Source of the DNA: Smithellaceae bacterium
Lineage (GTDB): Bacteria > Desulfobacterota > Syntrophia > Syntrophales > Smithellaceae
Length of the DNA stretch: 64,000 bases
Direction of reading: 5' to 3'
Assembly (NCBI GenBank): GCA_963667845.2
Contig: CAXXVL010000002.1
Span: forward strand, 1,376,001-1,440,000
Below, in pieces: positions 57,590 to 64,000 of this stretch. Under the pieces are notes generated by a model, which was not told the DNA's origin, searched no databases, and saw nothing but the letters and a program-made list of their open reading frames with translations. The position numbers were made by a program, and so were the translations under genes. Position 1 is the stretch's first letter. Every line of letters starts with the position of its first letter.

Positions 57590-58117
57590 ATGAAAAGAAA
57601 TCTTAATCCAAAATTAACGAAAGCAGTTGCGGTTTTATTCAGCCTCATGGTTGCTGTGGTTTTCAGTCAGGCTGTCTGGGCCGCACCCAAAATGGAACAA
57701 GCGAAATTCAAGGGGGGTGACTGCGCCGCCTGTCATGTTAAGGAAAAGAAATTACCGGAAAAGCACGCCGATACCAAAGCAATGACCTGGGCCGCATGCA
57801 AGGCCTGCCATACCAAGGACAATCTGAGCCTGATCGGCAAATTACCGGGCAGCCACGCTCATCAGCTGGCGGGTGTCAATTGCATTAAATGCCACGGCAA
57901 GACCAAAACACCGGAAGCGCTGACCATGGAACAGTGCGTCGCCTGCCACGGCAGCACGGCCAAGCTTATGGAAAAAACAAAGGATGTCAAACCGACCAAT
58001 CCGCATACGTCGCCTCATTACGGGACGGAGCTGGATTGTAACCTTTGTCATCACCAGCACGCCAAATCGGAAAATTACTGCGCGCAGTGTCATAAGTTTG
58101 ATTTCAAGATTCCATAA
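57590..58117 (+). CDS. Periplasmic hexaheme cytochrome c, likely partner of the flavoprotein
   Basis: Signal peptide; CAACH, CKACH, CIKCH, CVACH, CNLCH, CAQCH; NPHTSPH. Confidence 0.92.
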   Translation: MKRNLNPKLTKAVAVLFSLMVAVVFSQAVWAAPKMEQAKFKGGDCAACHVKEKKLPEKHADTKAMTWAACKACHTKDNLSLIGKLPGSHAHQLAGVNCIKCHGKTKTPEALTMEQCVACHGSTAKLMEKTKDVKPTNPHTSPHYGTELDCNLCHHQHAKSENYCAQCHKFDFKIP

Positions 58118-58132
58118 ATAATGACGGATTTT

Positions 58133-58173
58133 TCAACGGCGGAGATTATCTGCTCCGCCGTTGAGTCTTTTTT
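58133..58173 (+). terminator. Intrinsic terminator
   Basis: TCAACGGCGGAG...CTCCGCCGTTGA followed by a T run. Confidence 0.8.
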
Positions 58174-58275
58174 CAAAGCAGCTCGCCCTGGAAGGTAGGA
58201 GGGAGTCCTTATCCCTTTCATAACGGACTCTATCATCGATCCATAAAGGATGACAAAAGCCTCATGGAAATGAAT

Positions 58276-58304
58276 TTGACACGGGTATTCTTAATCGTTA
58301 AATT
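58276..58304 (+). promoter_or_regulatory. Candidate sigma70 promoter of the multiheme/rhodanese operon
   Basis: TTGACA (58276), 17-bp spacer, TAAATT (58299). Confidence 0.6.
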
Positions 58305-58307
58305 TAT

Positions 58308-58409
58308 TTAAATCCCTTTTTTGCGGGACGAGCGTTAATTCTCCGTATCTTGCTGCGATATAATGGCGTTCATTTCATATCTCGACAGCTTGCAGCGAGG
58401 TGGTTGATT
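58308..58409. repeat. Dispersed ~102-bp palindromic repeat, copy 3
   Basis: Colinear with 7854-7955 with scattered substitutions; lies between the candidate promoter and the start codon. Confidence 0.85.
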
Positions 58410-58431
58410 CAACCGGCTGTTTGGAGGTTTT

Positions 58432-59679
58432 GTGAAAAAGCAACAATCGTTCCTCGGCTTTCTGGCCATTTTTATTTTCCTGTTTTGCAGTTCAATGTCT
58501 TTTGCCGCTGACACGAACAGCTGTGTCATGTGCCATACCAGCGATTCTTTGATGAAGTCCCTGCATAAACCACCCCCCATGCCGGCAGGCGAAGGCGAAG
58601 GGTGAGCAGGGGCGCCTCCGCCAGTTCGGCCGGAAGACATGTATAAAGGATATATCGTTGATAAGGAGCTTTTGAATAAAGATCCTCATCTGAAGATGGG
58701 CTGTACCCTGTGCCATAAAGGAAATGCCAAAGAATTCAACCGGGAAGCTGCCCACAAGGATTTGGTGAAAAGGCCTTCGGATAATCTGCGATCCTGTATG
58801 ATGTGCCATAAGCAGATCGGGGACATGTATGCCAAGTCCCTGCACTACACGACGGCGGGGCTGAGAAACGGCGTGATGCCGCGCTTCTCCAGGGAGGAAT
58901 TAAAGACCTTTGATGAAAAAGTCTTTCAGCAGTCGTGCCGGAGTTGTCATTCCTCCTGCGGAGACTGCCACGTCAAGGCTCCGGCAGTCGGCGGGATCAG
59001 CATCGGCCTGATTCAAAAACATAAATTTGTCAAAAAAGACGAAGGAAAGACGTGCGCCTTTTGTCACGGCGGCCGGGTATATCCCGAATATACGGGCGAT
59101 TACGGCGGTTCTCCGGATGTTCACTACCAGAAAGGCATGTTGTGCATGGACTGCCACAAGAAAACGGAGCTTCATGGTGACGGCACAGCTTATCTTTCCA
59201 AGCAGCAGGTAAAAGATCGGCCCTCCTGCCGGAACTGTCATAAACTGGGGAATGAAGCCAAGATGACGGCGCAAATTGCGCATCGCGAACACGACGGCAA
59301 AGTGACCTGTTACGGCTGCCATGCGGGAGCAGCTTATCGCCAGTGTCAGCAATGTCATCTGGGGACAGGCGCCACATCCAATCCGCAGATGCTTTTAGGT
59401 TTGAATCCCCGCGATAAAAAGACGTTGACGACGCTGCGTCTGATTCCGACCGTCCGGGATACGTTTGCCAAGGCCGGCATCAAAATGGAAAACTATGACG
59501 CCCTGCCCAATTACTGGAATACGCCGGCCCACAATATTCGCAAACGCACGGACCGTACACGCAACTGCGATACGTGTCATGTGGACCGCAAAGGATTTTT
59601 GACAAAGGAACTTTTGATCAAGGACGGTTCGAAGGCTAATGAAGGTTTAATCGTTGTTCCCAAAGCAATTAACCGATAG
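58432..59679 (+). CDS. Probable selenocysteine-containing 11-heme cytochrome c (415 aa, Sec at residue 58)
   Basis: GGAGG SD, GTG 58432, signal peptide, CVMCH, then GEGEG-TGA-AGAPPPVRPED in frame with the 58639 ORF, which has 10 more CxxCH but no signal peptide; SECIS-like hairpin after the TGA. Confidence 0.8.
58603..58634 (+). promoter_or_regulatory. In-frame UGA with candidate bacterial SECIS element
   Basis: TGA, 11-nt spacer, stem TCCGCC / GGC(C)GGA with one bulge, apical loop AGTTC (G then U near the loop start). Confidence 0.7.
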
Positions 59680-59689
59680 GAGGATGTAT

Positions 59690-60616
59690 ATGAAGATGAT
59701 AAAATTATGGAAGGTACTGCCGGTGTTGCTTTTTATCCTGCTGCCGACCGCATTAATGGCACAAGGGTTGAGTCCGATTCTATCGACGGACGATCTGGCA
59801 AAAAACTTAAAAAATCCCAGTGTGGTCATCGTGGATATCCGTAAAGTGGAAGACTATAAAGCCGGCCACATTCCGGGCGCGATAGGCGTGTTCTACAACA
59901 ATTGGGCGCCGGGGAAGGGGACCATGCAAAATGAAATTCCCGCAGACGATGACCTGATGGATCTGCTTTCCGCAAACGGCGTTCAGCCGGATTCCCTGGT
60001 CGTTGTTTACGGGTCGACAGGAACCGGTCCCGACCGGGTCAATGTCACACGCGTGGCCTGGACATTGAAGTACGCCGGAGTTCAAAAGGTATCGGTATTG
60101 AGCGGCGGCATTGAAAAATGGGCCGTTCGTGAAAAGAGAGAGCTGTCCACGGATGTGGTCCGGCCGAAGGTTAAAGCTTACAAAGGTAAGTTCAATAAAG
60201 ATGTTCTGGCAAAAAAAGATTACGTGAAAAATCAGATCGGCAAAGCAATCATCGTTGATACGCGTGAACCGGCTTTCTTCGGCGGCCAGCAGAAATTGCC
60301 GTTTGTGGCCAAAGCAGGGCGAATCAAGGGAGCCGTCAATCTGCCCACCGTGCAGGTCTTCGATAAGTATCCGCCGGGCGAGCATATGGAGCAATGCTGC
60401 TGGACATACAAAGATGTTGCGGCTTTGAAAAACATGGCCACCGGTGTGGTCGGCAACGACCCATCCAAAGAAATCATCGTCTATTGCGATTCCGGCCGCG
60501 TGGCCAGTGCCTGGTGGTTTATTTTAAGTGAAGTGCTCGGTTATAAGAATGTGAAGAATTATGACGGCTCGATGGAAGAATGGACAAAGGATGAGACGGC
60601 TCCCATCGAACCATAA
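59690..60616 (+). CDS. Periplasmic tandem-domain rhodanese/sulfurtransferase
   Basis: AGGAGG SD before ATG 59690; signal peptide; GHIPGA, GRIKGAVN, active loop YCDSGR, YDGSMEEW. Confidence 0.92.
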   Translation: MKMIKLWKVLPVLLFILLPTALMAQGLSPILSTDDLAKNLKNPSVVIVDIRKVEDYKAGHIPGAIGVFYNNWAPGKGTMQNEIPADDDLMDLLSANGVQPDSLVVVYGSTGTGPDRVNVTRVAWTLKYAGVQKVSVLSGGIEKWAVREKRELSTDVVRPKVKAYKGKFNKDVLAKKDYVKNQIGKAIIVDTREPAFFGGQQKLPFVAKAGRIKGAVNLPTVQVFDKYPPGEHMEQCCWTYKDVAALKNMATGVVGNDPSKEIIVYCDSGRVASAWWFILSEVLGYKNVKNYDGSMEEWTKDETAPIEP

Positions 60617-60623
60617 CTAAGCT

Positions 60624-60666
60624 GCTGCCGGATGCTCTCGGCGTGAAGGCATCCGGCGGCTTTTTT
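60624..60666 (+). terminator. Intrinsic terminator-like hairpin inside the multiheme cluster
   Basis: GCTGCCGGATGC...GCATCCGGCGGC followed by T6. Confidence 0.75.
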
Positions 60667-60680
60667 CGCTGGATCAATCG

Positions 60681-62636
60681 ATGTATCGAAACTGCAGCGT
60701 TATTATCGCTTTTATCGTTTTGCTGTCTGTGCCGGCTCTGGCGGGGCCGCATCAGGACGTCTGGCTCAAGAATGAACAGGGCGACAGGATAACGCCCGCC
60801 CTTAACAGCCTTGATCCTTACAGTCCGAAAAAGACCTGCGGCACATGCCATAGCTATGCGGCGATAACATCCGGTTATCATTTTCAGCAGGGCTTTGATG
60901 TGATGAGGGATGGTTATGATAGAGGCAAGCCCTGGTTTCTATCGCCGGGAATGTTCGGCAGCTGGCTTCCCACGGCGGCAGCCGGAAGGCTCGCGGCCAA
61001 ACGTAACACCCATGTGCGTCAGATCGATCTCAGCACCTACGACTGGATCGGTTCCGGCAAATACACCGCCAAATATAAAATCCATTCGTCTTCCTGCGGT
61101 TCCTGCCATCCCGGCGGCGGCCCCATGGAGTATGGCCGGGATAAAACAGGCCGGGCGGATACTGCTGTGACGCTGGCGTCCGGTGAATCAACCGCTGCTA
61201 ATCGCCTGGACGGTGATTACAGTTCACGCGCCACACCGGACGGTTTGAGCCGCTTCCGGCAAAGCGGCGTGGTCGAAGCGGACTGCCTTATTTGTCATCA
61301 GACCGGCTATCGCATGGAAGATAGAAATGAACAGCTTTACAGGCGCAACTACCGCTGGGCCGCAACGGCCGGCGCCGGACTGGGTGAGGTGAAAGGCGCG
61401 ATCTTCACTTACAAGAATCCTGCGGCCGGGCCCGGGGAACACGACTTTTCCGCAGGATCGTGGAACCTCTCCAAACGTCCGGTTGTTTCCTACAACTGGT
61501 CGGACCCGAATATGTTCGGACCCGATGGCCGCGTAAAGGGCAACCTGATTAAGAAATCCGTTTCCACAAAAAACTGTCTGCAGTGCCACGCCGAGGGCGA
61601 AGCAAAAAATACCGGCACGGCTTTTACACCGGCCAGTGACGTACACATTAAAGCAGGCATGACCTGCACCGACTGTCATCCGCTCGTGGGCGCGACGAAA
61701 GATCGGCGTCTCGCACATCAGATCGCCAAAGGGGCATCGCTTGTGGGGCATGTCCGGGATGATCTGGATGGCGCCTCAATGAAAACCTGCGCAAGCTGCC
61801 ACTCGGGCGGGCAATATCAGTCTGTCCGCCGCGGCGCTATGCTCCAGGCAAAAAATCCTCAGGCAACACATGCGCGTTTCCTGTCGGGAGCCGTATTTCA
61901 CACCTATCTCGTTTCCTGTCAAAGCTGTCATATCACCGCACAACCTCTCAGCGCCTTGACGATCCTCGACATGAGCACCGGCCGGGAACAGGGTTACACG
62001 GCTGATGATTTTGCGAGCGCCGCCGCCCCCCCCGGTGATTATCTGAGACCTGCGCCGAAACCCTGGCCGCCCTGGCAGATGCGCACAAAGAAATATCAAG
62101 CCGCCGTACCCAAGCACCTGCAATGGTTCGGAGAAAAGATGACGAATGGAGAAATCCGGCCTATCGGGCTTCATTATGTAGCCAAGGCGGCGCGGGAGGT
62201 CGGGAATCTGACCGTGATCAATGCCCGTCAGTCTGATGGTAAAAAAACCAAACAAACAACGGTCGTCTCCGACCGCGATGTGACGGAAATGATCGGGGCG
62301 CTCGCCAGGTCCGGATTTACCAACGTCGTTTTTGTCTCGGATCGGATCTATGAGTTAAAAAATGCAAAGCTGATTTTCTCGCCTTTGACGCAAAAGACTC
62401 TTTACTATACAGTCGAACACGATGTAACGGACCTGTCTCAAAAACGGACCTACGGCCAGAAAGGACGGCCCGACGGTTGTATGCAGTGCCACGATGACAA
62501 GTCGCCCTTCTTTACAAAAATGGATATCAAGAATATCCGCGAGTTCCTGAAAAAAGATTATCCGGTAATGAAAAATCCGAACGCCGCCCCGCAATACGAG
62601 ACCTGGGGCCTGCGGTCAGTCCCTGCATTTGAATAG
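60681..62636 (+). CDS. Octaheme cytochrome c with OTR/MmcA-like heme layout
   Basis: Signal peptide; CGTCH, CGSCH, CLICH, CLQCH, CTDCH, CASCH, CQSCH, CMQCH; DVH..GMTC and HQIAKG segments. Confidence 0.85.
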   Translation: MYRNCSVIIAFIVLLSVPALAGPHQDVWLKNEQGDRITPALNSLDPYSPKKTCGTCHSYAAITSGYHFQQGFDVMRDGYDRGKPWFLSPGMFGSWLPTAAAGRLAAKRNTHVRQIDLSTYDWIGSGKYTAKYKIHSSSCGSCHPGGGPMEYGRDKTGRADTAVTLASGESTAANRLDGDYSSRATPDGLSRFRQSGVVEADCLICHQTGYRMEDRNEQLYRRNYRWAATAGAGLGEVKGAIFTYKNPAAGPGEHDFSAGSWNLSKRPVVSYNWSDPNMFGPDGRVKGNLIKKSVSTKNCLQCHAEGEAKNTGTAFTPASDVHIKAGMTCTDCHPLVGATKDRRLAHQIAKGASLVGHVRDDLDGASMKTCASCHSGGQYQSVRRGAMLQAKNPQATHARFLSGAVFHTYLVSCQSCHITAQPLSALTILDMSTGREQGYTADDFASAAAPPGDYLRPAPKPWPPWQMRTKKYQAAVPKHLQWFGEKMTNGEIRPIGLHYVAKAAREVGNLTVINARQSDGKKTKQTTVVSDRDVTEMIGALARSGFTNVVFVSDRIYELKNAKLIFSPLTQKTLYYTVEHDVTDLSQKRTYGQKGRPDGCMQCHDDKSPFFTKMDIKNIREFLKKDYPVMKNPNAAPQYETWGLRSVPAFE

Positions 62637-62644
62637 GTGATGCC

Positions 62645-63373
62645 GTGAAAAATAGAATTTTCCTGCTTCTGATGGTGATGCTTCAGATGGTTTGCCTCAC
62701 GGCAATTGCCGGCGCGGAGCAAAATACAATCCGTGTCATGGATGTCGGAAAGCTGATGTCCGGCATGACTTCATCGGAAAAAATAGTCGTGATTGACGCC
62801 GGCAGTCTGCTTGCGTGTCTGGACGCCAAAATTCCCGGCGCCGTATGTCTGCCCTGCGATGATGACCGCGGCAAACCTTTTTTTTCTTCATTGCCGAAGG
62901 TGGCTAAAATTGTTTTTTATACGGCCTACCAGCCGTTAGATCAAAACTGCAGTCTGATCCGGGAGGCGAGTTCGGCAGGATTTACGGACCTCTTCATTCT
63001 GGAGGGCGGGCTTGTCTCGTGGCGAAAGGCCGGCAATCCTGTTGTTTCGGATAAAAGAATACCGCGCGTCGCGGATTACGCGGTGAAGCCGCGCAACCTT
63101 TCCGAATGGCAAAAGAAGGCCAAAAACCCATTGCTGATCGATATCCGTTCCCCTGAAGCTTTTTCCGCGGGGCATCTCGACGGGGCGGTGAACTTTCCAT
63201 TGACACGACTGCATGTGCAATATGCGGACATCCCCCTGGATCGGACGCTTTTGATTGTAGATGAAGACGGGCGGGCCGGTTTTCTGGCGGCAAGCTATCT
63301 GGCCCGCAAGGGATTTATGAACGCATCCAGGCTGCAAGGCGGCATGGCCAACACCAAACGGGGAGTGCAATGA
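62645..63373 (+). CDS. Exported double rhodanese-fold protein lacking the canonical active-loop Cys
   Basis: Signal peptide; KIPGAV, LEGGLVSW, IDIRSPEAF..GHLDGAVN, LQGG; loops read VFYTAY and LIVDEDG. Confidence 0.82.
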   Translation: MKNRIFLLLMVMLQMVCLTAIAGAEQNTIRVMDVGKLMSGMTSSEKIVVIDAGSLLACLDAKIPGAVCLPCDDDRGKPFFSSLPKVAKIVFYTAYQPLDQNCSLIREASSAGFTDLFILEGGLVSWRKAGNPVVSDKRIPRVADYAVKPRNLSEWQKKAKNPLLIDIRSPEAFSAGHLDGAVNFPLTRLHVQYADIPLDRTLLIVDEDGRAGFLAASYLARKGFMNASRLQGGMANTKRGVQ

Positions 63374-64000
63374 AAAGACCTTTCTTTCATGCGTTATTTT
63401 TGATCGCCGCTGCCTGTCTGCTCACGATTCCTGCGCCGGCGAATGCGCAGGCGAAAACGGCGGCATGTCAGACCTGTCATTCCGATGCAGCGTTTGGTGA
63501 TTCGTTTGCCGCATCGGTTCACGGCAACAATTCCTGCACCAGCTGCCATACGGGGATCGATAATATTGCGAGGCACAGTGCAGGCGAAAAAAGATCAAAT
63601 CCCGTCCGCTGCTCAAGCTGCCATAAAGAAGTTGCTGATTTATACAAAGCAGATGTCCACGCCGTCTCCGAGAACATGACGTGCTCGGACTGCCACCAGA
63701 AAATCCACGCGATTCGGAAATCAGCTAAGTCCCCGAAAATAGCGGCGACCGAACAGTGTCTGACCTGCCATGCACCGGAAGATTATGCGCTTCTGGGTCA
63801 CGGACGTGCCGTGCTTGCCGGCAATGTGGATTCGGCGGCGTGTACGGATTGTCACAGTCTGCACAAAATCATGCTCTACGGCGGTGCGTCAGCAAAGGAA
63901 AGAGCGGCGCAAAAGGAGGCCTACACCCGGAAATGCAAATCTTGTCATGCCGATAAGGCGCTCGCCGCCCGGAATAATTTGCCGACGGCAGTGGCTGATA
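63370..64000 (+). CDS. Multiheme cytochrome c, 5' part (at least 7 hemes; runs off the window)
   Basis: Not in the ORF track. ATG 63370 overlaps the previous stop; MKRPFFHALFLIAAACLLTIPAPANA signal; CQTCH, CTSCH, CSSCH, CSDCH, CLTCH, CTDCH, CKSCH. Confidence 0.9.
   Translation, partial: MKRPFFHALFLIAAACLLTIPAPANAQAKTAACQTCHSDAAFGDSFAASVHGNNSCTSCHTGIDNIARHSAGEKRSNPVRCSSCHKEVADLYKADVHAVSENMTCSDCHQKIHAIRKSAKSPKIAATEQCLTCHAPEDYALLGHGRAVLAGNVDSAACTDCHSLHKIMLYGGASAKERAAQKEAYTRKCKSCHADKALAARNNLPTAVAD

Noticed and set aside
58639..59679. ORF-track 346-aa cytochrome as an independent gene
   Set aside because: No signal peptide and no clear SD; the in-frame upstream segment supplies both, so read-through is the better model.

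Overview
Chromosomal window from an anaerobic deltaproteobacterium-like organism (inferred from gene content). 1-3574: right end of an integrative element, bounded by a 48-bp 3' fragment of tRNA-Thr(CGT), carrying a tyrosine integrase and the start of a BREX defence operon (brxA, brxB, 5' end of brxC). A decayed second integrase follows. 10.7-17.1 kb: a conservon-like small-GTPase cluster (receiver, DUF4388/PATAN-roadblock, roadblock, MglB, MglA, acidic protein, stand-alone zinc ribbon, repeat-rich DUF3426-like protein). The middle is mostly housekeeping/metabolic: DEAD-box helicase, TetR plus YbhGFSR-like efflux, a fused PlsA/Ger-like reductase, fbp/aldolase, nnr, a lipoprotein caspase-like protease, ispB-rimO-ftsK-plsC and livHMGF. 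55.9-64 kb is a periplasmic redox region: a Tat-exported flavocytochrome-c flavoprotein with a hexaheme partner, then a multiheme/rhodanese cluster. The first gene of that cluster is mis-split by the ORF track. It reads as an 11-heme cytochrome c with an in-frame TGA (58603-58605) followed by a SECIS-like hairpin, i.e. a probable selenoprotein. It is followed by a periplasmic sulfurtransferase, an OTR-like octaheme cytochrome, a second rhodanese-fold protein and a further multiheme cytochrome running off the edge. This candidate selenium-dependent chalcogen-redox chain is the most notable system here. All calls are from visual motif recognition; no database searches were run.
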